From positions 67,347 through 131,346 of the forward strand of contig JAXLXO010000007.1 in NCBI GenBank assembly GCA_046327915.1: a DNA stretch of 64,000 bases, written 5' to 3'. A program made the position numbers and the translations under genes. Under the pieces are notes generated by a model, which saw only the letters and a list, made by a program, of their open reading frames with translations, searched no databases and was not told where the DNA came from. The stretch comes from Candidatus Binatia bacterium. GTDB lineage: Bacteria; Desulfobacterota; Binatia; UBA12015. This document shows, in pieces, positions 51,964 through 61,258 of this stretch (positions within the stretch are counted from its first letter, which is position 1; every line of letters starts with the position of its first letter).

Positions 51964-53091
51964 TCAACGCAGGGGCGAGAACGTCTTTCCCGTCCCCGTG
52001 AGGCCCGGACCCGGCAGCACCATCTTCCGCTCGGCGTCCGCGACCGCCCGACCGAGCACCGTCGCCCTCGGCTCGATGGGACGCAGGATCCCCAGCGTCC
52101 GCTCCAGATCGGCCTCCGGGACGACGATGCAGAAGCCGATGCCCATGTTGAAGGTCGTGTACATCTCGGCCGGCGCGACGCGCGCGGCTTCGGCGAGGAG
52201 GCCGAAGATCGGCTCGGGCTCGGGCAGCGCGTCGAGCACGAAGCCGACGTCCGGGGCGGCGATGCGCGACAGGTTGAGCAGTCCGTCGCCCGTGATGTGC
52301 GCCAGCGCTTTCACCGGGACGCCGGCGTCGAGCAGCGCCATCACCTCGTTCACGTAGATGCGCGTCGGACGCAGCAGCTCGTCCCCGACGGTCGCGCCGC
52401 CCAGCGCCGACGGCCGCTCGCGATACCCTTCCGGTCCGCGCTCGCCGACCAGCACGCGACGCGCGAGCGTCAGCCCGTTCGAGTGGATGCCGTTCGACGG
52501 CAGCCCGATCACGACGTCGCCCGGCTTCACGTCGCGTCCGACGACGATGCGGTCCATCGGCACGACGCCGACTGCCGTCGCGACGACGTCGAAGCTCTCG
52601 CCGTGCGGCGGGTGCGGACGGAGCAGCTCGCGCACCTGCGCGATCTCGCCGCCGGGGATGCTGATGCGCGCCTGGCGCGCGCCGTCGACGAGACCCGTCG
52701 CGAACTCGTCGAGCAGCTTCCGGTCGGTGGTCGAGATCGCGATGTAGTCGACCACCGCGATCGGCTCCGCGCCGACGCACAGCACGTCGTTGACGTTCAT
52801 CGCGATCAGGTCGATGCCGATGGTGTCGAAGCGCTCCATCGCGAGCGCGACCAGCAGCTTGGTGCCGACGCCGTCGGTGCTGATCGCGAGCCCCTGTCCG
52901 GTGCCGAGGTCGAGGACGTTGGCGAAGAAGCCGTTCGGCAGCGCGGGCCGTCCGACGCGCGGGAACGCGGTGGTCGCCGCGAGGCGCTGCACGAGGCTGC
53001 CGAGACCCGGCTCGAGGCCGACGACGTCCACACCCGTTGCTGCGTAGGTCGCAGCGTCGCCCGTCTTTCCACCGTCCCGTCCCGTGCTCAC
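51964..53091 (-). CDS. purM: Phosphoribosylformylglycinamidine cyclo-ligase (AIR synthetase, PurM family).
   Basis: AGVDVV, GLASTDGVGTKLLVA, IGIDLIAMNVNDVLCVGAEP and HSNGLTL are the PurM family blocks (DGVGTKL is PurM-specific versus SelD/HypE). The GTG start overlaps the upstream stop (GTGA). Confidence 0.85.
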   Translation of the reverse strand: MSTGRDGGKTGDAATYAATGVDVVGLEPGLGSLVQRLAATTAFPRVGRPALPNGFFANVLDLGTGQGLAISTDGVGTKLLVALAMERFDTIGIDLIAMNVNDVLCVGAEPIAVVDYIAISTTDRKLLDEFATGLVDGARQARISIPGGEIAQVRELLRPHPPHGESFDVVATAVGVVPMDRIVVGRDVKPGDVVIGLPSNGIHSNGLTLARRVLVGERGPEGYRERPSALGGATVGDELLRPTRIYVNEVMALLDAGVPVKALAHITGDGLLNLSRIAAPDVGFVLDALPEPEPIFGLLAEAARVAPAEMYTTFNMGIGFCIVVPEADLERTLGILRPIEPRATVLGRAVADAERKMVLPGPGLTGTGKTFSPLR

Positions 53092-55487
53092 GCGATCACT
53101 CCTTCGGCCCTGAGAGTCGCCAGGTCCGCCTCCCGAAGCCCTAGCAGATCGCGCAGCACGAGGTCGGTGTGCTCGCCGAGCAGCGGACCGGGCGCCGCCA
53201 CCCGTCCCGGGAGAGACGAGGCCCGGAACGGAATGCCGTCGAAGGTCTCGCAGCCACCCTCCGGCGTCGCGACGGTCTCGAAGTAGCCGCGCTCCGCGAG
53301 CTGCGCGTCGCGCGCCAGATCGGCACCGTTCGCGACCAGCCCCGCCGCGACACCTGCTGCCTGCAGGCGCGCCTCGAGATCCTCGGCGCGCCGCGTCCGC
53401 GTCCACGCGGCGAGACGACGGTCGATCTCGGCACGGGCCGCGATGCGTCCGCCGAGCGTGCGCAGCTCGGGACGCGCGGCCCACGCCTCGCCATCTGCCG
53501 CGAGCACCGCGGCGCAGCGCTGCCACGCCTCGTCGTCGAGCACCGCGATCGCGAGCCAGCGATCGTCGTCCGGCTGACCGGCGGGATCGGTCTCCGCGGC
53601 GCAACGCCAGATGCCGTGCGGCACCGCGTCGCCCTCCTGCGAGTCGTTGCCCGGCGCCGCGACCGGCTGTCCGCGCAGCAACGTGGACGTCGCCGGGCCG
53701 AGCAGCGCCGCGAGGTTGCCGTACTGTCCGAGGTCGACGAGCTGGCCTTCGCCGGTGTTCGCGCGGTGCCAGAGTGCCGCGAGCGTTGCGAGCGCCGCGG
53801 TCATGCCGCCGAGCATGTCGGACCACGAGTAGCCCCAGCCGACGGGCGGACCGTCGGGCAGGCGCATCAGGAACGGGAAGCCGAGCAGCGCCTGCAGCGT
53901 GGGGCCGTAGCTCACGCGCTCGCGTCCCGGACCCGTCAAGCCAAAGCCGGACATCGCGACCGCGATCACGTCCGGGTTCAGTTCGCGCAGCCCGTCGTAG
54001 TCGAGCCCCCAGTTGCGCATGACGCGCGCGGAGAAGTTGTCGATCACGACGTCGGCGATGCGCGCGAGGCCGCGCACGAGGTCGAGGCCGCGCGGATCGG
54101 CGAGGTTCAGCACGACGCTCTGCTTGCCGCGGTTCAGGTTGCCACTGAGGCCGCCGCGCCGGTTGCCGAAGTCCATCGCGTCGCGGCGCTCGATCTTGAC
54201 GACGCGCGCGCCCTGGTCGGCGAGCAGCCGCGTCGCGATCGGACCCGCGACGACCCAGGTGAAGTCGAGGACCAGCGTGCCGTCGAGCACGCGGCCGGGC
54301 AGCGGCTCGGATGCGAGCACCGGTGGCGTGCCCGACGACGATGCGGCGTCCGCGCGCCACGCAGGATCTGCCGCGACCTCGGCGTCGTGCTCGCCGACGA
54401 GCGCCGGCGCACGGCGCACACGGAGCGGCGTCGCGGACGACAGGAAGGCGGGGCCGGGGAAGGGGACCGCGCCGCCGTCACGCTTCGCGAGCGCCTCGGG
54501 AAAGCCGCGCGCCGCGAGCTGCTCGTCGCTCGCGATCGTCTCCGGCTGGCGCACCTCGGCGTACGGCAGCCGCCGCAGCTCGGCGCCCTCCATCAGCTCC
54601 GCGACGGTATGCTCGACCGCCCACTGGTCGAGGCAGTCGAAGAGGTGCCCGCAGTGCTCCTTGCGGTTCTGCGGCTCCTCCCAGCGCTCGTCGAAGAGGT
54701 CCCAGGCCTCGCCGTCCATCGCGACCCAGCCGGCGAGCGTCGTCCAGTCGCCGATGGTCGAGTGCAGCACCCAGCCGTCGGCGGCCGGGCCGATGCGGAA
54801 GTAGCGGCTCCAGTGCAGCGTGCCGCGGCGGCGCTCGACGTTGCCGGTCTGCCGGAAGAATCCGCCGACGTGCTCGACCGCGCCTGCGGTCGCCTCGGTG
54901 ATCGAAACGTCGACCAGGCCGCCGCGTCCGGTGCGACGGCGCGCGAGCAGCGCGACCAGGGCACCGATCGCGGCGAACACGCCCGCGCTGTTGTAGGCCT
55001 GCAGCCCGAACGGCGCGATCGGCGACGTCTCGGGATGCCCGTTCACGTACGTCATGCCGGCGCGCGCCGCGCACACGAGGTCGGAGCCGCGCCAGCCGGC
55101 GCGCGGTCCGGTCGCGCCGAACGGCGACACGTCGACGAGGATCGTCCGCGGCTGCGCGCGGCGCAGCTCCTCACGATCGACGCCGGCCGCCGCGAGCACG
55201 TCCGGGAAGCGCGCCGCGACCACGACGTCCGCCGCGGCGAGCAGTGCACGCAGGCGCGCGCGGCCCGCCTCCGTCGCGACGTCGAGCGTCACGCAGCGCT
55301 TGTTCAGGTCGTGGAGCCAGTGCGCGTGGCTCGCATCCTCACCCGGCTGCGCGCCGGGCTCGAACGGCGGCAGACGGCGCAGCGACGCGCCGCCCGGCGG
55401 CTCGACGCGCACCACGTCGGCGCCGAGATCGCCCATGAGACGCGCGCAGAGCGCGCCCTGCACGTCGGTCAGGTCGAGCACGCGCAC
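53088..55487 (-). CDS. Family III CoA-transferase (CaiB/BaiF) with two tandem CoA-transferase domains, 799 aa.
   Basis: Two repeats of the family III N-terminal signature (MRVLDLTDVQGALCARLMGDLGADVVRVE and GTLVLDFTWVVAGPIATRLLADQGARVVKIE). Confidence 0.88.
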   Translation of the reverse strand: MRVLDLTDVQGALCARLMGDLGADVVRVEPPGGASLRRLPPFEPGAQPGEDASHAHWLHDLNKRCVTLDVATEAGRARLRALLAAADVVVAARFPDVLAAAGVDREELRRAQPRTILVDVSPFGATGPRAGWRGSDLVCAARAGMTYVNGHPETSPIAPFGLQAYNSAGVFAAIGALVALLARRRTGRGGLVDVSITEATAGAVEHVGGFFRQTGNVERRRGTLHWSRYFRIGPAADGWVLHSTIGDWTTLAGWVAMDGEAWDLFDERWEEPQNRKEHCGHLFDCLDQWAVEHTVAELMEGAELRRLPYAEVRQPETIASDEQLAARGFPEALAKRDGGAVPFPGPAFLSSATPLRVRRAPALVGEHDAEVAADPAWRADAASSSGTPPVLASEPLPGRVLDGTLVLDFTWVVAGPIATRLLADQGARVVKIERRDAMDFGNRRGGLSGNLNRGKQSVVLNLADPRGLDLVRGLARIADVVIDNFSARVMRNWGLDYDGLRELNPDVIAVAMSGFGLTGPGRERVSYGPTLQALLGFPFLMRLPDGPPVGWGYSWSDMLGGMTAALATLAALWHRANTGEGQLVDLGQYGNLAALLGPATSTLLRGQPVAAPGNDSQEGDAVPHGIWRCAAETDPAGQPDDDRWLAIAVLDDEAWQRCAAVLAADGEAWAARPELRTLGGRIAARAEIDRRLAAWTRTRRAEDLEARLQAAGVAAGLVANGADLARDAQLAERGYFETVATPEGGCETFDGIPFRASSLPGRVAAPGPLLGEHTDLVLRDLLGLREADLATLRAEGVIA

Positions 55488-55650
55488 GCCGTCGAGCGCG
55501 CCGGGGCGTCGATCGGCGCTGGATGGGATGGTCGCGAACAGACCTCACGGCCTAGCGCGCGGCGCCCGGCACCGGCAAGCGAAGAGCGCTGCGCGACCCG
55601 GCTCCGACGGCCGCGTGCAGCGGCCCACTCCGCTGCGCGTCTGGTCCGCG

Positions 55651-56253
55651 TCAGCGCGGCCGGGCGAGGATCTGCTCGACGCTCACCTGCAGCGCGGGCA
55701 GCACGTGCGAGACGATCGCGCCCGACGTGAACGCGCGCGGCTCGTCGAAGCGGTCACCGAGCGTCGCGTACACCGCGACCTCGTTGCGCTCGGGATCGAC
55801 CACCCAGTACTCGCGGACACCGGCGCGCGCGTAGGCGATCCGCTTCTCGATGCGGTCACGACGCACGCTCGTCGGCGACACGATCTCGATCGCGAGATCG
55901 GGCACGATGCGCGTGAAGCCCTTCTCGTCGTCGCGCGGCTTCGGGCCTGCCTCCCAGCGCTCACGCGAGATGAACGAGAAGTCGGGCTCGAGCGTGTCGC
56001 CGGTCGGGAGGTCGAAGCCTGCGCTGGAGCCGAGGACGATGCCCGGCGAACGCTCGTCGATGTGACGACCCAACGTGCGGTGCAGATTCGCCTCGACCCA
56101 CCCGTGCCGGAGCTTCGCCGGCGGGCTCATGACGATGCGCCCGTTGAGCAGCTCGTAGCGATTGACGTCGGACGCCGGCACCTGCTCGAGCCAGCTCCAG
56201 AACTCCTCTTGGGTGAACGTTTCCTCCGAGCGGAACGCCGTTTCCATCGCCAT
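55651..56253 (-). CDS. Uma2-family (DUF820) PD-(D/E)xK endonuclease-like protein.
   Basis: YELLNGRIVMSPPAKLRHGWVEANLHRTL...PDLAIEIVSPTS...AGVREYWVVDP gives the Uma2 conserved blocks. Confidence 0.8.
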   Translation of the reverse strand: MAMETAFRSEETFTQEEFWSWLEQVPASDVNRYELLNGRIVMSPPAKLRHGWVEANLHRTLGRHIDERSPGIVLGSSAGFDLPTGDTLEPDFSFISRERWEAGPKPRDDEKGFTRIVPDLAIEIVSPTSVRRDRIEKRIAYARAGVREYWVVDPERNEVAVYATLGDRFDEPRAFTSGAIVSHVLPALQVSVEQILARPR

Positions 56254-56363
56254 CCTCCGCGCAACATAGCCCCTCGCCCCGGGGGCCGGAAGTACCGTCG
56301 TGCGGCGCTTCCCGCGATGGCACGGAATGCATTTTCGCCACGACGGACGCGTGGCGGCGAGAG

Positions 56364-58274
56364 TCACGGCTCGACGATCGGGAACCAGAAGCGAAAGGTG
56401 TCGAGCAGTCCGAGCAGCATCTCGACCGCCGATCGATCACCGTCGATGGTGACGGCGCCGGCCGCCTCGAGGTCGGCGAGCGCCTTCGTGCCCGTGACCA
56501 GCCCCAGCAGCGCCTCGTGCGCGAGCGCGACCGTCGCCCGTGCGCCGCGCGCGGCGCGGCCGTGGACGTGGTGCAGCGCGCCGTTGGAGACGCCGACCGC
56601 GTGCAGCTCGTCGCGGTCGGTGACGCGGAACGTGAGCTCGAGCGACGTCCCGGCCGCGCGGTCGCCGTCGAGGCGCACGCCGAGGTAGTCGAAGAGCATG
56701 TCGCTGGTCATCGCGCGCGCGACGTCCGCGGCGACGCCGGGGCCGTTGCCGAACGCAGGCACGCCGTTGCGCAGCTCCTGCGCCGCGGTCAGGTAGAACG
56801 CGCGCCACGGCCCCGATTCCGCCTGGTAGCCGAGCTGCTCGAGCGCGTCGGCCTGCAGGAGCCGAGCGTCGCGGTTCGCCGGGTCGGCGAACACGAGGTG
56901 ATTGACGAGCTGCGCCACCCAGCGGAACTCGCCGCGCGCGAACGCCTCGCGCGCGTGGGCGAGGAGAGCGTCGGCGCCGCCGGCGAGCGCGACGTAGCGC
57001 TTCCCGGCCTCGACCGGCGGCAGCGCGTGCAGGTTCGCGGGGTTGCCGTCGAACCAGCCCAGGTAGCGCTGGTAGACCGCCTTCACGTTGTGATTGACGG
57101 TGCCGTAGTAGTCGCGCGCGAAGAACTCGTCGCCGAGCCCGCGCGGCAGGCGGACCTCCTCCGCGATCTCGAGCATCGTCATGCCCTGGTTCGCGCGCCG
57201 CATCGTCTGGTCGTGCAGGAAACGGTACAGGTCGCGCTGCGCCTCGAGGTAGCGGCGGACGTCGTCCGCGCCCCAGCGCGGCCAGTGATGGCTCGCGAAC
57301 ACGACGTCGCTCCGGTCCGCGAAGAGCTCGAGCGACTCGTCGACGTACTTGCTCCAGGCGAGCGCGTCGCGCACCTGCGCCCCGCGCAGCGTGTAGAGGT
57401 TGTGCAGGTTCGCGGTGCAGTTCTCCGCCATGCACAGCACGCGCAGGTCCGGGAACAGGAAGTGCATCTCCGCCGGCGCCTCGGTGTCGGGCGTCAGCTG
57501 GAAGACGAAGCGCACGCCGTCGATCGTGCGCTCTGTGCCGGTCGCGGTGATCTCGTCGGTGGGCGCGATCAGGCCGGCGGTCGCGAGCAGCGGAACGCCC
57601 TTGCCGAGCCCGGCGTCGACGTGGCCACGCGGACCGCGCGGCAGCAGCGTGCCGTACATGTACGACGCGCGCCGGGTCATGACGTTGCCCGCGATGACGT
57701 TCTCGCTGACCGCGGCGTGCAGGAATCCCTCGGGCGCCACGATCTGCACCCGCCCCGCGCGCACGTCGGCCTCGTCCACGACGCCGCGCACGCCGGCGAA
57801 GTGGTCGATGTGGCTGTGCGTGTAGAGCACCGCGCGCACCGGACGATCACCGAGGTGCGTCCGCACCAGCTCGAGCGCCGCGCGCGCGGTCTCCTCGGAC
57901 GTCAGCGGGTCGATCACGATCCAGCCGGTCGCGCCGCGCACGAACGTCACGTTCGACAGGTCGAGGCCGCGCACCTGCCAGATGCCGTCCACGACCTCGA
58001 AGAGCCCGGCGTGGCGGTTGAGCTGCGCCTGCCGCCAGAGGCTCGGATTCACCGTCGGCGGCGCCTCGCCGTCGAGGAACGCGTAGTCGTCGAGGTTCCA
58101 CACCGGGAACCCCGCGGCGCTCATGACCTGCGGCGACGCGGGCGGTGCGACGCGTCCGCGCTCGGCGAGCGCGAAGTCGGCGCGATCGCCGAGCGGCAGC
58201 GCATGACGCACGGCCTCGTTCGCCGCGCGCGTCGCGGGTTGTGCGTCCTTCGGTGCTGCCGGATCTTCACTCAC
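56364..58274 (-). CDS. Alkyl/aryl-sulfatase (MBL-fold, SdsA1/Bds1-like, with a C-terminal SCP2-like domain).
   Basis: MBL motif YTHSHIDHFAG, a dimerisation domain and a C-terminal sterol-carrier-like region. 636 aa, typical for this family. Confidence 0.88.
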   Translation of the reverse strand: MSEDPAAPKDAQPATRAANEAVRHALPLGDRADFALAERGRVAPPASPQVMSAAGFPVWNLDDYAFLDGEAPPTVNPSLWRQAQLNRHAGLFEVVDGIWQVRGLDLSNVTFVRGATGWIVIDPLTSEETARAALELVRTHLGDRPVRAVLYTHSHIDHFAGVRGVVDEADVRAGRVQIVAPEGFLHAAVSENVIAGNVMTRRASYMYGTLLPRGPRGHVDAGLGKGVPLLATAGLIAPTDEITATGTERTIDGVRFVFQLTPDTEAPAEMHFLFPDLRVLCMAENCTANLHNLYTLRGAQVRDALAWSKYVDESLELFADRSDVVFASHHWPRWGADDVRRYLEAQRDLYRFLHDQTMRRANQGMTMLEIAEEVRLPRGLGDEFFARDYYGTVNHNVKAVYQRYLGWFDGNPANLHALPPVEAGKRYVALAGGADALLAHAREAFARGEFRWVAQLVNHLVFADPANRDARLLQADALEQLGYQAESGPWRAFYLTAAQELRNGVPAFGNGPGVAADVARAMTSDMLFDYLGVRLDGDRAAGTSLELTFRVTDRDELHAVGVSNGALHHVHGRAARGARATVALAHEALLGLVTGTKALADLEAAGAVTIDGDRSAVEMLLGLLDTFRFWFPIVEP

Positions 58275-58312
58275 GCGGCGATGTCCTGTCGCGTGCGCAC
58301 GGGCTCACGCGG

Positions 58313-59815
58313 TCAGAGGATGCCGGCCCACGCCTGCCGCTCGGCCGACTGCGGGTCGTGTGCGATCGAGGACTCTGCGTCGAGCACGACGGTAGTGCGC
58401 TTCTCCGCCTCGTACGGCTTCCAATAGGCGAGTCCGTCGAGGTCGCCCTGGTCGCCGCTCGCGAAGCGCAGCCAGATGTCCATCACCACCTGCGACAGCT
58501 GCTCGGCGCGCGATCCGCTGCCCGAGAAGCCCGCCATGTTCGGTGCGTCGAGCGTGCCGAAGACGAACGGCAGCTCGATCGCGTGGCACGCGCCGAGCAG
58601 TCCTCCCGCGGCCGGCGACGGCCACGTGAAGACGTACATGTACGTGTGCTCCTGGTGCGCGCACTGCGACTCCGCGAGGCGGATCGCGGGAATGCGGAAG
58701 TGGCGGTCGGACTCGATCGCATCGAAGATCTGCCACGCCGGCGCGTTCGGCCGCCCCTTCCGGTAGGTGCCGATCATCTCCTGCGCGTTGCCGTGTCCGA
58801 TCGCCTCGAGGCGGCGCCCGATGCGCTTGACGAGGGCGGCCTCGTCGAGCTCGCGGTGCTTCGGGGTCATGAACGTGAACAGGCGCCACTCGTCGAGCGT
58901 CGTTCCCGTCAGGAGCGGAACGTCCTTCGCGACGCCGGACGCGATCGCCTCCGACGGCGAGAGCGGCAGGTTCACCGGATCGACCACCGGCGCCCACGGC
59001 AGGAACACCTCGCGGCCGAGCTTCATCGTCACCGTGGTCTGCGCGACGACCAGATCGTCCGCCGGCACGTCGCGCAGCTTCGCGACCGTCGCCTTCGTGA
59101 TGCCGAGCTCGGCGAGCAGCAGCTCGGTCACCTGCGTCGCGTCGGTGAGCGAGGACGTCGCCTGCGCAGCACCGCTCTGCGCGATCGCGCGGCGGAAGAG
59201 GCCCTTCGCCGCGGGCATCGCGAGCAGCGTCGTCACCGACATCCCGCCCGCCGACTCGCCGAAGATCGTGACCTTCCCGGGATCACCGCCGAAGGCCGCG
59301 ACGTTGTCGCGCACCCAGCGCAGCGCTGCGACCTGATCGAGCATGCCGGCGTTGTCCGCCGCACCCGGCAGGTCGAGGCCGGCGGCGCCGGGCGCGAGGA
59401 ATCCGAGCGCGCCGAGACGGTAGTTCGCCGTCACGACCACGACGTCGCCGCGCACCGCGAGGCGGCTCGCATCGTAAAGAGCCTGGTTGCTCGAGCCGGT
59501 GATGAAGCCGCCGCCGTGGAACCACACCATCACCGGGCGACGTCCGCGACCGGCGGACGGCGTGAAGACGTTCAGCGTGAGGCAGTCCTCGCCGATCGGC
59601 CCCGGCGCCATTCCCGGCAGCGGGCTCGCCGGCTGCGGACACGCGTGTCCGGGCTCCTTCGCCGCGCGGACGCCGGTCCACGCCGCGGGCGGCGCGGGCG
59701 GCGCGAAGCGCAGCGCGCCAACCGGGTTCGCGGCGAACGGGATGCCGAGGAACGTCTGGTGCGTCGGGGACTCTCGGCCCTCGACCTTTCCGGAGGTGGT
59801 TTCGACGACTGCCAT
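58313..59815 (-). CDS. Carboxylesterase type B (para-nitrobenzyl-esterase-like).
   Basis: VWFHGGGF oxyanion-hole block and GESAGG nucleophile elbow. 500 aa. Confidence 0.9.
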   Translation of the reverse strand: MAVVETTSGKVEGRESPTHQTFLGIPFAANPVGALRFAPPAPPAAWTGVRAAKEPGHACPQPASPLPGMAPGPIGEDCLTLNVFTPSAGRGRRPVMVWFHGGGFITGSSNQALYDASRLAVRGDVVVVTANYRLGALGFLAPGAAGLDLPGAADNAGMLDQVAALRWVRDNVAAFGGDPGKVTIFGESAGGMSVTTLLAMPAAKGLFRRAIAQSGAAQATSSLTDATQVTELLLAELGITKATVAKLRDVPADDLVVAQTTVTMKLGREVFLPWAPVVDPVNLPLSPSEAIASGVAKDVPLLTGTTLDEWRLFTFMTPKHRELDEAALVKRIGRRLEAIGHGNAQEMIGTYRKGRPNAPAWQIFDAIESDRHFRIPAIRLAESQCAHQEHTYMYVFTWPSPAAGGLLGACHAIELPFVFGTLDAPNMAGFSGSGSRAEQLSQVVMDIWLRFASGDQGDLDGLAYWKPYEAEKRTTVVLDAESSIAHDPQSAERQAWAGIL

Positions 59816-59876
59816 GGACTCGCTTTCGACGGACGAGGGGTGCGGCTTTACGCCGCACACCCCGTCTCGCCCGGAT

Positions 59877-61139
59877 TCAGCGCGCGGACTCGATCAGCGC
59901 GGCGATCGTGAAGAACTGCTCGGTCGTGCCCGACTTCTCGCCCTGGTTGAAGTAGGTGCCTTCCTCGCCGGGAAAACGCGGGCTCGGCAGCGCGGCCTTG
60001 GTCGCGTGCGCGCCCTGCACGTCGATCATCATGATCGCCGGGCCGAAGCCCATCTCGTCCTCGTACTGGATCTTGCCGACCGGAGTCTGCTTGCGGAACG
60101 AGTAGTCGTTGACCCAGACCTTCCACAGGTTGCCGGCGCGATCGTAGATGTCCGAGTAGAGGACGACCCACGCCTCCTTGTCGATGTACAGCACGCGCTT
60201 CGAGTAGGCGTACTGCGGGAACTTCGACACCGCCTCGACGACCCAGACCTTGCGCTTCTCCCAGTTGTCGTCGAACGAGAAGCTGCCCTTCCCCTCGGTC
60301 CACTTGACCGGGTAGTGCTCCGCGTGGACCACGCCGAGAACTTCCTTCTCGCCGATCAGCTTCCACTCCATCCACGCCGGGTGGCCGTCGTAGCCGTAGT
60401 AGCTGTCGAGGTCGGAGTCCTGTCCGAAGAGCGCGTCCGAGCGCTGCGCGGACGACAGACGGCGCACGCGGCGCAGCGACGGCAGGTACAGCCAGCTGTC
60501 GTCCTGCTTGTCGGGATCGACGTAGCGGTAGCTGGTGACGCCGACGCCCTTCAGGTCGAACGGCTCGAGGATCGGGTGCAGTGATTGACGGTACTGCACG
60601 CCGTCGGTGCTGGGCATCGTCGGCTTCGGATCGACCTGCAGGCGGCCGACGTACATGAGGCGGCGCAGGTGATCGAGCAGGTAGTGACGCTCGACGCCCA
60701 TCTCGCGGTCGCTCTCGATCGTCCCGACGTCCGCGTCGAAGTTGCGGCTGTCGAGGTCGTCGGTGATCAGCGGCTTGCGGTCGAAGTTCCAGGCGATCTT
60801 CTGCGCCGCCATCGGGTCCGCGGGATCGATCTTCGGGAACGGCAGGCCGGCGACCCAGCCTTCGAGGCGGCGTCCGTCGGCCGACAGCTTCACCTGGCCC
60901 GAGTACTTCTCGGTCGCCTCCTGGTACTTCTTCGGCAGCGGGATCGACTTGGTCTCGACGACGGTGATCGGCATGCCGTGCTGCACGAGCCATTCGATCC
61001 CCGGCGAGACCAGGTCCTTGATCTGCGCGACGTTCGACGCGTCGATCTTGTCGCCCGGCTTGACGTCGGCGCGCGAGAGAGCGGGCGCGACCAGACACGC
61101 CACCGCCATCAGCCCCAGCATGGGCGTCAGCTTCTTCAT
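59877..61139 (-). CDS. DUF1329-family exported protein (LolA-like / outer-membrane lipoprotein-sorting-like fold).
   Basis: Signal peptide MKKLTPMLGLMAVACLVAPALSRA, GGAGG RBS, length 420 aa, and conserved C-terminal blocks typical of DUF1329 (…YIDKEAWVVLYSDIYDRAGNLWKVW…). Confidence 0.7.
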   Translation of the reverse strand: MKKLTPMLGLMAVACLVAPALSRADVKPGDKIDASNVAQIKDLVSPGIEWLVQHGMPITVVETKSIPLPKKYQEATEKYSGQVKLSADGRRLEGWVAGLPFPKIDPADPMAAQKIAWNFDRKPLITDDLDSRNFDADVGTIESDREMGVERHYLLDHLRRLMYVGRLQVDPKPTMPSTDGVQYRQSLHPILEPFDLKGVGVTSYRYVDPDKQDDSWLYLPSLRRVRRLSSAQRSDALFGQDSDLDSYYGYDGHPAWMEWKLIGEKEVLGVVHAEHYPVKWTEGKGSFSFDDNWEKRKVWVVEAVSKFPQYAYSKRVLYIDKEAWVVLYSDIYDRAGNLWKVWVNDYSFRKQTPVGKIQYEDEMGFGPAIMMIDVQGAHATKAALPSPRFPGEEGTYFNQGEKSGTTEQFFTIAALIESAR

Positions 61140-61258
61140 CGAGACCTCCAGGGGTGAAGCCACGCTCGGACGAGGTGGTACAGCACGAGCGGGTGTCCGG
61201 TCATACCATGGGATGGCCGACCCGCCAAGTAGGCAGTTTGCGCAGCGCCCGGGCCGCG

